A stretch of 64,000 nt of DNA from the NCBI GenBank assembly GCA_045863395.1, contig BTVJ01000019.1:1-64000 (forward strand). The letters run 5' to 3'. How positions within the stretch are numbered: position 1 is the stretch's first letter; each line of letters starts with the position of its first letter. Origin of the DNA: Myxococcales bacterium (GTDB taxonomy: Bacteria > Myxococcota_A > UBA9042 > JABWCM01 > BTVJ01). The notes under the pieces were generated by a model that had not been told where the DNA came from, made no database searches, and was given only the letters and a program-made list of their open reading frames with translations. Positions 45,325-56,650 of the stretch are shown piece after piece. Made by a program: the position numbers and the translations under genes.

Positions 45325-45459
45325 GCGTCAGGCGCGACGCGCCGGCTCAGACCCGACCGAGGACCTCAGCGCCGCGGCTTCACACGCCTTGACTCCCCGC
45401 GCCGCCCCGTGGTCTAGTTCCGGCCCTCGACAAGCCCCCCCTCGCACAGGGAACACACC

Positions 45460-46845
<1,386 letters not shown>

Positions 46846-46862
46846 GGCTCGGGGTCACCCCC

Positions 46863-47270
46863 CTACTCCACCGCGCAGCTCCAGGTGATCTCCACCGTGG
46901 TGCGCAGCATGTGCGCCACGGAGCAGTACTTCTCCATGGAGAGGTTCACGGCACGCTCCAGCTTGTCGTAGGGGACCCCGCCGGTCGCAACGAAGCGGAT
47001 GTGGATGGTCTCGAACACCGCGGGGACTGCGTCCTTGCGGTTGCCCTCCACCTCGATGGTCAGGCCCTCCAGGGGCTGACGCCCCTTCTCCAGGATCATG
47101 ACCACGTCCACGCCGCTGCACCCCGCGAGGGACATGAGCAGCATCTCCATGGGCCGGATGCCCTGGTCGGTTCCGCCGCTCGCCGCGGCGATGTCGATGG
47201 TGGCCCGGTGTCCCGTCGCGTTGACGGCCTCGAAGCGGAAGCCCTGGACCCGGCTCAGGCTGATCTTCAT
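46863..47270 (-). CDS. OsmC-family protein
   Basis: RPMEMLLMSLAGCSGVDV and KYCSV (two Cys). Confidence 0.88.
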   Translation of the reverse strand: MKISLSRVQGFRFEAVNATGHRATIDIAAASGGTDQGIRPMEMLLMSLAGCSGVDVVMILEKGRQPLEGLTIEVEGNRKDAVPAVFETIHIRFVATGGVPYDKLERAVNLSMEKYCSVAHMLRTTVEITWSCAVE

Positions 47271-47277
47271 GCGCACC

Positions 47278-48153
47278 TCACTGGAAAAGGTCGGAGGACA
47301 GGTAGCGGTCTCCCCGGTCGGGGAGGATGACGACGACGACCCCCTGGTCGAGCGCTGCGCAGAGGCGCAGGGCCGCCGCCGTGGCGCCTCCGCCGCTCAC
47401 GCCGCAGAACACGCCCTCGTCGCGGGCGAGGCGGCGGGCGACCTCGGCGGCCTCCTCCGCGGTGACGTCCACCAGGGCGTCCACGCGGCTCGGCTCATAG
47501 ACGCGGGGCAGGTAGGCGGCGGGCCAGCGGCGGATGCCCGGGATGCAGGCGCCGTCCGCGGGCTGGACCCCGATGACCGTCACGGCGGGGTTCAGGCGCT
47601 TCAGGGCCGCGGAGACGCCCATGATGGTGCCCGTCGTGCCCATGGCGCTGACGAAGTGCGTCACGCGCCCCCGGGTCTGGCGCCAGATCTCGGGCCCCGT
47701 CGTGCGCTCGTGGGCCAGCGGGTTCGCCGGGTTGGAGAACTGGTCCAGCATGACGGCGCCGTCCTGCACCCTCTCCCGGGCCAGGTCGATGGAGCCCTCC
47801 ATGGAGCGGTCCGCTGGCGTCAAGGACACCGTCGCCCCGTAGGCGCGCATGGACAGAACCCGCTCCGCCGTCGCGGACTCGGGCATGACCAGCTCCACCT
47901 CGTAGCCGCGGACCCTGCCGATCATGGCCAGGGCGATGCCCGTGTTGCCGCTCGTGGGCTCGACGATGCGCATGCCGGGACGCAGCGTGCCGTCCGCCTC
48001 CGCCGCCGCGATCATGGACAGGGCGGCCCGGTCCTTGACGCTTCCCCCGGGGTTGGTGCCCTCCAGCTTTGCGAGCAGGCGCACGCCGCTGGGCGTGCCC
48101 AGCCGGTCAAGGCGCACAAGGGGGGTGCGGCCGATGCAGTCGAGGATCCTCAC
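47278..48153 (-). CDS. cysM: Cysteine synthase B
   Basis: IGRTPLV, NPGGSVKDRAA, MGTTGTIMG, IPGIRRWP, DRGDRYLS. GTGA-coupled to the upstream gene. Confidence 0.9.
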   Translation of the reverse strand: MRILDCIGRTPLVRLDRLGTPSGVRLLAKLEGTNPGGSVKDRAALSMIAAAEADGTLRPGMRIVEPTSGNTGIALAMIGRVRGYEVELVMPESATAERVLSMRAYGATVSLTPADRSMEGSIDLARERVQDGAVMLDQFSNPANPLAHERTTGPEIWRQTRGRVTHFVSAMGTTGTIMGVSAALKRLNPAVTVIGVQPADGACIPGIRRWPAAYLPRVYEPSRVDALVDVTAEEAAEVARRLARDEGVFCGVSGGGATAAALRLCAALDQGVVVVILPDRGDRYLSSDLFQ

Positions 48154-49802
48154 GGGGGGGCCTCCTCTGGTGCCAGGACCTCCACCGTCACGGTGACCGG
48201 CTGCGCGGCGTTGCCGGCGAGGTCGACCGCCTGGACGGTCAGGGAGTGTGGCCCCGGCGCCAGGTCGAGCAGGTGGGACCCGCCGGTCGCGGGGGGCCCC
48301 AGGGGAGTGGACGCCAGCGTCGCGCTGACCAGCTCCGTCGCCCGCCACCTCAGCAGGGCGCGGCCCGGTGCCGCCGGGATGGCGGTGACCTCGGAGAGGG
48401 CGGGGATCGCGCCGTCGTCGGCCCGCGGTGGGGTCCCCAGGGAGGCGGGGGGCACGGGAGCACGAGGTGTACCGGGCCCCTCCCACTCCAGACGGGCAAC
48501 GGCCGCGCCGCCGTTCTCGTACATCTCCAGGATGATGGGGTGCCACCCCTCCGCCAGGGTCTGCGTGGCGCTCACCCAGCTCGTGCCGTGGTCGCGCCAG
48601 TCCTCCGCGAGGACCTGGCCGTCGAGGGCAAAGCGCTGCCCGTCGTCGGAGCCGACCCACAGCGTCCACTCGCCAGCCTCGGGGATGTGCAGCGCCCCCT
48701 CCCACCGCACGCTGAACTGGTCGGGCTCCATGGGCGCGCCGAAGCTGCTCCCCGCGTCCCCGTCCACCTGGTCGGGCATGATTACGCCCGGATCGAGGCG
48801 CTCCATGCGCAGGTCGTCGAAGCCCATGCCCTGGAAGTAGCGGCCGAGGAGGGCTCCCGGCTCCCACGTCCCGTCGCCCGGGGTGTCGAAGCTCGCGGGC
48901 GCGGGACCGGCCGCCCGCCCCCACAGGTCGGTGGCGGTGGCCTGCACCTCCCACTGAAGCTCCTTGGCGAGGGAGACCCCCAGGACGGTGCGGGTCGCCC
49001 AGGAGCCGGGCGCGCTCGACGCCGTGACGGCCCCTGCCGCGCCTGCCACCTGGAGCTCTATCAGCGACGGGGTGATGGTGGAGACGGCCAGGCTCGCGCC
49101 GAAGGGGCCCACCGAGAGCACCTCGATGCCGGCGATGCCCGCCGGGGTGATGGGTGGAGTGGACGGATACCCCAGCTCCGCGGCCGTCAGGGCGCGCGGG
49201 AGGCCGCCCGGGGGCGTCGCGAGCAGATGGAGCACCGGCAGCGTCGGATCATGGACCCAGGCAACGGAGAGCGGATGCCAACCGGCAGAGAGCTCGACCG
49301 TGGCGTCCTCGACCACCACGGCGCCAGGGACGGCGTGGCTCAGGATTTGCGCGCCATCCACCTGGACCCGCAGGCCCCCACCGGAGATGGCCCGGAGGCT
49401 CCAGACGCCGGGCACATCCACGAGCCAGCCGCCCTCCCACGTCACGCGGAAGGAGCCGCCGGAGACCGCGGCGAGCCAGGGGCTGGCCCACGGAGCGTCG
49501 AGCGCGGTGTCGAGGCGCGTCATCGCCCAGAGTGCGGCGCCGTCTGCGCCGAGCGCCTCGTAGGCGCCCAGGATGCCGCCAGGATCGTAGGCGGGAGCAG
49601 CAGAGTCGGTCACGACGCCATCGCCGGAGGGAGCAATGTCCAGCGCTGGCGCCAGGGTGGCGTCCGCGTCGCCCTCGCCTGCCGCGTCCACTGCATCCAA
49701 CGCGGCGCCCGCGTCGGCGGCATTCTGGTGAGCCACGGCCCCCTCCTCCGTGGCACACGCCGCCAGAAGCAGGGCGACGACGGCAGGGAGGGTCACGCGC
49801 AT
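48150..49802 (-). CDS. Lipoprotein with PA14 domain(s)
   Basis: Lipobox LAAC; DQFSVRWEG...GSDDG...MYENGGAAVARLEW, plus a degenerate first PA14 copy. Confidence 0.8.
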   Translation of the reverse strand: MRVTLPAVVALLLAACATEEGAVAHQNAADAGAALDAVDAAGEGDADATLAPALDIAPSGDGVVTDSAAPAYDPGGILGAYEALGADGAALWAMTRLDTALDAPWASPWLAAVSGGSFRVTWEGGWLVDVPGVWSLRAISGGGLRVQVDGAQILSHAVPGAVVVEDATVELSAGWHPLSVAWVHDPTLPVLHLLATPPGGLPRALTAAELGYPSTPPITPAGIAGIEVLSVGPFGASLAVSTITPSLIELQVAGAAGAVTASSAPGSWATRTVLGVSLAKELQWEVQATATDLWGRAAGPAPASFDTPGDGTWEPGALLGRYFQGMGFDDLRMERLDPGVIMPDQVDGDAGSSFGAPMEPDQFSVRWEGALHIPEAGEWTLWVGSDDGQRFALDGQVLAEDWRDHGTSWVSATQTLAEGWHPIILEMYENGGAAVARLEWEGPGTPRAPVPPASLGTPPRADDGAIPALSEVTAIPAAPGRALLRWRATELVSATLASTPLGPPATGGSHLLDLAPGPHSLTVQAVDLAGNAAQPVTVTVEVLAPEEAPP

Positions 49803-49834
49803 GGCCGCCTCGGACGGTGGGTGCTCAAGGGGGG

Positions 49835-50449
49835 TCAGCGGACCTGCTCGCGGAGCTTCTCGATGAGGTCGGGGAGCGCCTTCTGCTGGGCAGCGATTCG
49901 CACCGAGTCGGGGACTTCGATGTCCGGCTCCACGACGATCTGATAGTCGACCAGGGTCCGCCTGGCGTCGCCGTTGTAGGGGGTCAGGGTCCAGCTCCCC
50001 TCGTTGCGCTTGTAGTCCCCTTCCACCATGGTCCAGGCCCGCCGGTAGAGCTTCTGCGGCTCCACCGTGTGGGTGGCCTTGGTGGTGGCGGTGAGATTGG
50101 AGAGCGGGAACGGCATGTCGACGACGCCCCGGCAGACGACGGTGTCCCCCTCCCGGGAGAGCTCCTCCGACTCCTCCATGCGGATCATGGTCTCCTCGTA
50201 GCGCCCGCAGTCCTCGATGATCGCCCACACCTTCTCGGGCGGGGCGTCGATGACCGCCCTCAGCTTCATGCGGGGCGTGGTGGTCCCCTCGACCGGCTCC
50301 GTCTCCAGGATGACCTCGCCGCTGGCGAGGGCCTCGTCCAGGGCGGCGCCCTGTGGTGGGGGCTTCAGCTCTGTGGGGCGGAGGTACAGCCACGCTCCCC
50401 CCGCCAGGGCGACGAGCAGCACGGCGACGATGATCACGGTCTTGCGCAT
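49835..50449 (-). CDS. SRPBCC/START-family membrane-anchored protein
   Basis: N-terminal TM; IDAPPEKVWAII, PFPLSN, EGSWTLTP. Confidence 0.8.
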   Translation of the reverse strand: MRKTVIIVAVLLVALAGGAWLYLRPTELKPPPQGAALDEALASGEVILETEPVEGTTTPRMKLRAVIDAPPEKVWAIIEDCGRYEETMIRMEESEELSREGDTVVCRGVVDMPFPLSNLTATTKATHTVEPQKLYRRAWTMVEGDYKRNEGSWTLTPYNGDARRTLVDYQIVVEPDIEVPDSVRIAAQQKALPDLIEKLREQVR

Positions 50450-50455
50450 GGGCGT

Positions 50456-50484
50456 ACCCTACCGACCTTCCGACCTCGCCGCAA
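50456..50484 (-). promoter_or_regulatory. Sigma70 promoter (leaderless) for the SRPBCC gene
   Basis: TTGCGG-N17-TAGGGT-N6-ATG with no SD. Confidence 0.55.
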
Positions 50485-50489
50485 CCCGG

Positions 50490-51527
50490 CTACTTCAGAG
50501 GCCAGGGGGTGAGGACGTAGTCCGTGCCCCCGCTGTGGCACCCCGTGCACAGGGAGGCTCCGACGTCGTCGGCGTAGATGGTGCCCTGCCAGTCCTCGTA
50601 CCAGTACCACCCCTGGCCCTGGGCCGCCGCGGAGGCGCGCACCATCACGGACCAGCCGAGCACCGTGTCGCCATTGCCGTAGAGCTCCTTGACGGCCGCG
50701 GAGCCGACTGGGTGGACCTGGGCGCCCGCAGCCAGGGAGGCTGCCAGCGGGCCGTTGACGAAGGTGCGCACCTTGCCGAAGTGGGGCCCCGCCGAGGCGT
50801 GCGGGGCGCTCTCCGCGGTCCAGTCAGCGTAGCTCCCTGCGCTGAGCCAAGGCTCCAGATCGTTCTCTCCTAGAGGGGGCACGGAGATGACGTGCGAGGT
50901 GCAGGCGCCAGCGTCGCAGGTGGCCTCGAAGGCCGAACCGACCTGGCCCGCCTCGTCCGTCGTGGAGACGGGTCCGCAGTCGCAGGCGGGGTATTGGGAC
51001 AGGCACAGCGCCTCGGCGGCCTCAAAGGCGGGCACCTCGCTGGTGGCGATGCCCAGCGCCACGGCGGTGCCACAGCAGTCGACCTGGTGGAGGGCGACGG
51101 CGCAGCCGGCGTTCGAGCCACAGCCCTTGTCGAAGGTGGGGAAGACCGGGTCCCCGCCCCAGCAGGACACCTGGGGGCTGGTGTCGACCGCGGCGGTGTC
51201 GGTCGGGCTGACGTCGGCAGCCGCGTCGGCGGCCGCCGAATCTGGCGCTGGGCCCACGTCCAAGGCGCCGCCGTCGCCGGGGGCGGCGTCGGTCGTGCCT
51301 CCCGTGTCGCTCGTGCCATCCCCTGTCGTCGCGCCGTCCGTCACCGCGCCGTCCGTCACCGCGCCGTCCGTCACCGCGCCGTCGGCGGTGTCTGGCCCCC
51401 CCGAGTCCCCGACGGCCACGTCGCCGCCCGTCGAGTCCACCGCGGCGACGTCTGCCGTGCCCTCCCCGTCGCTCGGGCAGCCCGCCAGCAGCGCACCAGC
51501 CAGCATCCACGCCAGGCTCCTCTCCAT
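50490..51527 (-). CDS. Lipoprotein with Cys-rich module and C-terminal cytochrome P460-like heme c domain
   Basis: Lipobox LAGC; PVGSAAVKELY...WSVMVR...GWYWYE...CTGCH near the C-terminus. Confidence 0.72.
   Translation of the reverse strand: MERSLAWMLAGALLAGCPSDGEGTADVAAVDSTGGDVAVGDSGGPDTADGAVTDGAVTDGAVTDGATTGDGTSDTGGTTDAAPGDGGALDVGPAPDSAAADAAADVSPTDTAAVDTSPQVSCWGGDPVFPTFDKGCGSNAGCAVALHQVDCCGTAVALGIATSEVPAFEAAEALCLSQYPACDCGPVSTTDEAGQVGSAFEATCDAGACTSHVISVPPLGENDLEPWLSAGSYADWTAESAPHASAGPHFGKVRTFVNGPLAASLAAGAQVHPVGSAAVKELYGNGDTVLGWSVMVRASAAAQGQGWYWYEDWQGTIYADDVGASLCTGCHSGGTDYVLTPWPLK
51331..51383 (-). repeat. Perfect 15-bp tandem repeat x3.5 (encodes VTDGA)
   Basis: GCGCCGTCCGTCACC at 51331, 51346 and 51361, plus a partial copy. 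Confidence 0.9.
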
Positions 51528-51545
51528 GACCGACCTCTCTGGTGA

Positions 51546-53897
51546 TTATGTAAACTTCCCTTGACCGCCCGACGACCCTCGCCGGCGCAGCGCTCGCCCT
51601 ACCGCTACCGCGGCGAGCCACAGGGCTCCCCACGCTCCCGCGGACGTCCCGCCCGCGCCGCACCCGTCGCTGGTCACGCCGCCGTCCGCCGGCGCCGTCA
51701 CTGACGCGCCGAACCCGCTCCCCCCACCAGACGTGGGCCCCGTGTCGCCAGCGAGCGCGCCAACGGCGTCCCCGCCGCTGCCATCGACCGCCTCCGCGCC
51801 GCCCCCTCCCCAGCCCGCCCCACCGGAGCCGCCACCGGAGCCGCCAGCTACGCAGACACCACCGGACGCCGCCGTACCCACCGGGCAGCACACGCCGCCC
51901 CCGCAGCCGCGCTCGCAGTGCTCCACGTCCCCAACCCCGCGCCCGCAGCCGTCCACGCGGCGCCGCGCGTTGCCCTCGCACCGGGCCGAGGTGGCGGGGC
52001 CGCAGGCGCAGTCGCCGGCGTCGGGGACGCACAGCAGCTCGCCGTCGACCGATTGGCACGCGAAGGCGTCGGGGCAGAGCCCGCCCTGGCATGGCACGAG
52101 GCAGTACCGACCGCCCCCGAGCTCCACGCAGCGCCCGCCGGCGCCGCACCCGACGTCGGACTCGCAGGGCAGGCACAGCACCTTGGCGCAGGTCCCCTGG
52201 TGACACTGCTGGCCCGGGCCGCAGGGGGTGGCCGCTGAGCAGCAGCCCTCGACAGGCCCGGAGACGCAGCCCACCGTCGGGTCGCAGCCGTCCACGGTGC
52301 ATGGGTCACCGTCGTCGCAGCCCACTGGGGCGGCTTCGCACAGAGCGCCGCCGTCCTCGGTGCACCCGACCACGCCTTGGCTGGCGCACGGCCCCTCCCC
52401 CACCTGGCAGGGCTCGCCCACGCCGTAGCCCTCATCCGTGGAGCCGTCGCAGTCGTCGTCCTTGCCGTTGCAGACCTCGGAGCCCGGGGTGCAGGGCGGC
52501 GGGCACCCCTCGTCCACGTCGCCGTCGCAGTCGTCGTCCTTGCCGTTGCAGACCTCCGCCGCCGCGTCGCATGGGGCCGCACAGTGGACCGACGGCGCGT
52601 CGACGCACGCCTGCCCGGCGGGGCACGGCTTGGCGGTGATGCCGCCCGACGCGTCGCATGCGTAGCGCTGCCCGTCCAGGAAGCAGATGTCGTGGGCCTT
52701 GGGGACGCCCTTCGGTGACTCGACGCAGAACGCCGACACGCAGTGGGGCTTCGTGCCCCCCGCCGTCGAGCACCACGCGCCGAAGGCCCCGCAGTCGCCC
52801 GTGCTGGTCACCTTCCCGCCGGAGCAGTGCGCCATGATGGTGTCACCGAGGCACACGTCCGCCTCTCCGCTCGCGGGGCAGCCGCCAGACTCGCAGTGGA
52901 CCCCCCCGACCGCGCTGCAGTGCTTGCCGGCCCCGCAGGGCTTGGGCGTGATGCCGCCACTCGCCTCGCAGGTATAGCGCTCGCCGTCGGGCAGACACAC
53001 GTCGTGGACCCATGGCGCCTGCTTCGGCGAGTCCACGCAGAAGACCACCACGCACCGCGCCTCGGCGGCGCCGGCCGTCGAGCAGTACGCCCCGAAGGCG
53101 CCGCAGTCGCCCACCTCGATCTGCCCGTTCTTGCAGGTGCCGATCTTGTGGTCGTCCAGGCACACCTTGACGGTCCCCGTAGCCGGGCAGGCACCGAAGA
53201 CGCAGCGGACGCCCAGGGCGTCGTCCACACAGTTGGCCCCATAGACGGCGCAGTCGCCCTTGCCACAGTCGGCGCCCACGATGACGCTCCCCTCGCAGTG
53301 CGCCTTGCAGGAGCCACAGGCCGTGTGGTCCACGGCCTTGAGCAGCGGGTAGGGGTCGATGCCCGACTCGTAGGCGTCGTCGGGGTAGATGCTGAAGTGG
53401 AGGTGGGGCGAGGTCCCCTGGGCGCTGCCGGTCTTCCCCACCGTGCCGATCTTGTCTCCCGCCTTGACCTGCTTGCCCACGACGACGCCGGGCTCAATCT
53501 GGTCCAGGTGCGCATGGTAGTAGTACCAGCCGCAGCCGTCCTTCACCGTGACGCGGTTTCCGCCCACCGAGGTGTACCCAGACTTGACGATGGTCCCTCC
53601 CCGGGGCGCGACGACGGGCGTGCCGAGCGCGGCGAAGATGTCGTTGCCGTAGTGGTTCCCTCCGATGAAGTCCGAGTTGTCCGGGGAGCCCCCCGGGTGG
53701 GGCGGGCAACTGTAGCTGAGGGCGTTCTTGTCCCAGCCTCCGTTGTGGGGCCCCGCGACGGGATAGCGCTCCAGCAGAGGCCCGCAGGTGACCGCCCCCG
53801 AGCGGGCGCCTTGGTCGTCCGCGGTCATGGCGTGGTCCACGGGAGGCTCGACGCACCCCCCGAGGATCGCGACCAGGAGCAGGATGGCACGGCGCAT
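51546..53897 (-). CDS. M23 metallopeptidase lipoprotein with Cys-rich repeats, MopE-type repeats and MYXO-CTERM-like tail
   Basis: Lipobox [33 protein letters not shown] twice; DGC...WGALWLAAVAVGRALRRR. GGAGG RBS. Confidence 0.85.
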   Translation of the reverse strand: MRRAILLLVAILGGCVEPPVDHAMTADDQGARSGAVTCGPLLERYPVAGPHNGGWDKNALSYSCPPHPGGSPDNSDFIGGNHYGNDIFAALGTPVVAPRGGTIVKSGYTSVGGNRVTVKDGCGWYYYHAHLDQIEPGVVVGKQVKAGDKIGTVGKTGSAQGTSPHLHFSIYPDDAYESGIDPYPLLKAVDHTACGSCKAHCEGSVIVGADCGKGDCAVYGANCVDDALGVRCVFGACPATGTVKVCLDDHKIGTCKNGQIEVGDCGAFGAYCSTAGAAEARCVVVFCVDSPKQAPWVHDVCLPDGERYTCEASGGITPKPCGAGKHCSAVGGVHCESGGCPASGEADVCLGDTIMAHCSGGKVTSTGDCGAFGAWCSTAGGTKPHCVSAFCVESPKGVPKAHDICFLDGQRYACDASGGITAKPCPAGQACVDAPSVHCAAPCDAAAEVCNGKDDDCDGDVDEGCPPPCTPGSEVCNGKDDDCDGSTDEGYGVGEPCQVGEGPCASQGVVGCTEDGGALCEAAPVGCDDGDPCTVDGCDPTVGCVSGPVEGCCSAATPCGPGQQCHQGTCAKVLCLPCESDVGCGAGGRCVELGGGRYCLVPCQGGLCPDAFACQSVDGELLCVPDAGDCACGPATSARCEGNARRRVDGCGRGVGDVEHCERGCGGGVCCPVGTAASGGVCVAGGSGGGSGGAGWGGGGAEAVDGSGGDAVGALAGDTGPTSGGGSGFGASVTAPADGGVTSDGCGAGGTSAGAWGALWLAAVAVGRALRRRGSSGGQGKFT

Positions 53898-53948
53898 GGG
53901 TCCTCCCGGGGTCACCTCGGTGCAGCGAGCGAGGACGCTGGCGCCGCC

Positions 53949-55394
53949 TCACGCTCCCTCGAACAGATCCTCGGCCCGGACGATCTCGACCTCGGTCAAC
54001 GCGAGGCGCCGGGCGGCGATCAGCTGGTCGGCCTCGGCCACCTCGTCCGGCACGGGCGCCGGGTACGTGATCGGGCTGTCCCCGTCGGCCAGCAGCTCGT
54101 CGCGGAGGCGCGCCGCGTCGCCGCACACCATCACGGCTCGCCAGCGGTCCGGGTGGACGTGGCGGCGCACCGCCTCGGTCACGTCCCCGGCGTCCAGGCC
54201 AGGGAGCCGCTCAGCGAGCAGGTCCACGAGGCCCGGCACCTCGAAGAGGCGTCCGTCCATGGCGAGACCGAGGCGCGAGGACGCCGCCTGAGCCCAGAGG
54301 CGGGAGTAGGACGCGAGGAACTCCCGCGTGCTCTCGAGCTCCCCCTGCCCCATCCCGCGGACGATCAGGCGGTCCACCTCGTGCAGCGCCGCGCGCAGGG
54401 CGAAGAGCGCCTTCTCTGGCGGCACCGGGCGCACCCACACGGAGAAGTGAGGCCGCGAGCGCAGGAAGCCCGGTGTCGGCTGGGTGGTGGCCGTCGGCGA
54501 CGGATAGTGCTCCACGTAGGAGTAGTCCCCGTAGTTCAGGCCCCGCAGCCCGCGGAGCTGCTGCATGAGGCGCCCGTGGAAGGTGCGGTGCTCTCCGAGG
54601 TAGCTGTTGGCCAGCCACAGGGCGGCGAAGTCCGGGTGGGCCCGGTCGACGGTCAGGGGATGGCCGAGGTGGATGCCCACCGAGCCGGTCGCCTTCTGCA
54701 CCAGCAGCGCGTGACGCCCGGACACCGGCGGCGGCGGAGGCACCGGGGGGGCCGCCTCGCCTTGGGGCAGGGCGCCGAGCGCCCCGATGAAGCGCGCGAG
54801 CCACGCGTCGCTGAAGCCGCCCGCCACGCCGACCATCAGGCGGGCCCGGGTCCATGCGCCGGCGTGGTGGCGGCGCACGTCCTCCACGCCAACGCGGCGC
54901 AGCGAAGAGACCGTCCCCTCCGGCGCGTGACCATAGGGGTGGCGCGCCCCGAAGAGCGCCTGCTGCAGCACCTCGAGGCCGAGCTGCTCGTCGCTGGCGC
55001 TGCGCAGCACCGCCAGCAGGTGCGAGAGCTGCGCCTGCCGTCCCCGCTCCAGGTCCGCCTCGTCGAAGCCGGGGGTGAGCACCGCCTCCAGGAGCAGATC
55101 GGTCAAGGCGTCGAGGCGGTCCCGGTGCACCGTCCCTGACAGGCACACCAGCTCCCGGTCGCAGGTGACGGACAGGGAGGTGCCGAGCGGGTAGAAGGCC
55201 TCGGTCAGGGCCCGATACGAGCGGCGCGCCGTGCCCGCGTCACCCACCATGCGCGCGGTGAGGGCCCCGAGCCCATCCAGGCCCGGCGGGTCCCACGCGG
55301 AGCCGGCCCGCAGCAGCAGGCGCACGGTGACCAGTGGCGACCGGGACGGCTGGGCGACGAGGTCGACTCCCTGGGAGGTCATGGAGCCGATCAT
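53949..55394 (-). CDS. M16 peptidase family, non-catalytic subunit
   Basis: RAGSAWDPPG..GL, HPYG, RGLNYGDYS; no HxxEH. ATGA-coupled. Confidence 0.85.
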   Translation of the reverse strand: MIGSMTSQGVDLVAQPSRSPLVTVRLLLRAGSAWDPPGLDGLGALTARMVGDAGTARRSYRALTEAFYPLGTSLSVTCDRELVCLSGTVHRDRLDALTDLLLEAVLTPGFDEADLERGRQAQLSHLLAVLRSASDEQLGLEVLQQALFGARHPYGHAPEGTVSSLRRVGVEDVRRHHAGAWTRARLMVGVAGGFSDAWLARFIGALGALPQGEAAPPVPPPPPVSGRHALLVQKATGSVGIHLGHPLTVDRAHPDFAALWLANSYLGEHRTFHGRLMQQLRGLRGLNYGDYSYVEHYPSPTATTQPTPGFLRSRPHFSVWVRPVPPEKALFALRAALHEVDRLIVRGMGQGELESTREFLASYSRLWAQAASSRLGLAMDGRLFEVPGLVDLLAERLPGLDAGDVTEAVRRHVHPDRWRAVMVCGDAARLRDELLADGDSPITYPAPVPDEVAEADQLIAARRLALTEVEIVRAEDLFEGA

Positions 55395-56650
55395 GGCGCC
55401 TCCTCGGAGGCCAGGGTCACCACCGTGAGGCCGTCGGTCGTCAGGGCGCGGGCGGCGTCGCGCACCGCGTCCGGGGTGAGCGCCCCGACCTGCCCAAGGA
55501 AGGCGTCGATGGCGCCGACCTCCCCCGCCACCCCCAGGTAGACGGACGCGGTCTGGGCAAGCGTGGCCGCGCTGTCGAGCCCCGTGGCGAAGGAGTAGTG
55601 GATGTGGTCCTTGACCCGCTCCAAGCGGTCCGGGTCGACGAGCTCCGTCTGGAGCCGCTCCAGGTGCCTTCGGATCGCCAGCTCCACGGGACCGAGCAGG
55701 GCCGCATCGCGCGGCTGCGCCCACACCGTGAACAGGTACGGGTCCCGGTGGAAGGGTGGCGAGGCGCTCAGGGCGTCCACCCACTGCCGCTCCACCACCA
55801 GCTCCTGGTAGAGGGGCGCCGGCGCCCCGAAGAGGAGCTGCTCCACGGCCGCGAGAGCGGGGCTCCGCGGGTCGGCAAAGGCTGGTCCACGCCAGCCCAT
55901 GACCAGGCGGGGGCGCGTCGAGGCCCAGCCGAGGTGGGCGCGCCGCTCGCCATCTTGCGGCGGCTCGGGCTGCACGTCGGGCGAAGCGGCTGCCCCCTGC
56001 CACGCCCCGTACCACCGCTCGGCCGAGGAGACCACCGCGTCGGGCTCCACGTCCCCCACGACCAGCAGGGTGCAGTTGCCCGGACGGTAGAAGCGCTGGA
56101 AGAAGTCGCGGCTGTAGGCGAAGGCGTCCGGCATGGTGCGGATGTCCCGCTCGTACCCGATGGTCGTGTGTCCGTAGGTGTGGCGCTGGAAGGCCAGCTC
56201 CCGCACGCGCTCCATCATGGGCTGCCACGGGTTGGAGGCGCCCATCTTGTACTCGCCGTGAACGGCGAGCGCCTCTGTACGGAAGGCGTCCTCCGCGTAG
56301 TCCAGGTGCTGGAAGCGGTCGGACTCGATGTCCATGACCGTCTCCATGGCGTAGGACCCGCACACGATGTGGTAGCAGGTGTAGTCGTCGGTGGTGTAGG
56401 CATTGGATTGGGCGCCGAGGCGCCGGAGCACGTCGCTGTATGCGCGCTCGGGCCACCGGTGCGTACCGCGGAACATCATGTGCTCGAAGAAGTGGGCGAA
56501 GCCGCTGCGGCCCGGCTCCACCTCGTCGCGGGATCCGGTGCGCACCACCGTGTGGAAGGCCATGACTCCCGGGCTCTCGAAGGGGATGACCACGAGGCGG
56601 AGGCCGCTGTCGAGGGTGCGCTCGTGGACGGGGGCCGGCAGCGCGCTCAT
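55391..56650 (-). CDS. M16 zinc peptidase, catalytic subunit
   Basis: GSRDE...GFAHFFEHMMFRGT, NAYTTDDYT, FYRPGN. Confidence 0.9.
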   Translation of the reverse strand: MSALPAPVHERTLDSGLRLVVIPFESPGVMAFHTVVRTGSRDEVEPGRSGFAHFFEHMMFRGTHRWPERAYSDVLRRLGAQSNAYTTDDYTCYHIVCGSYAMETVMDIESDRFQHLDYAEDAFRTEALAVHGEYKMGASNPWQPMMERVRELAFQRHTYGHTTIGYERDIRTMPDAFAYSRDFFQRFYRPGNCTLLVVGDVEPDAVVSSAERWYGAWQGAAASPDVQPEPPQDGERRAHLGWASTRPRLVMGWRGPAFADPRSPALAAVEQLLFGAPAPLYQELVVERQWVDALSASPPFHRDPYLFTVWAQPRDAALLGPVELAIRRHLERLQTELVDPDRLERVKDHIHYSFATGLDSAATLAQTASVYLGVAGEVGAIDAFLGQVGALTPDAVRDAARALTTDGLTVVTLASEEAP

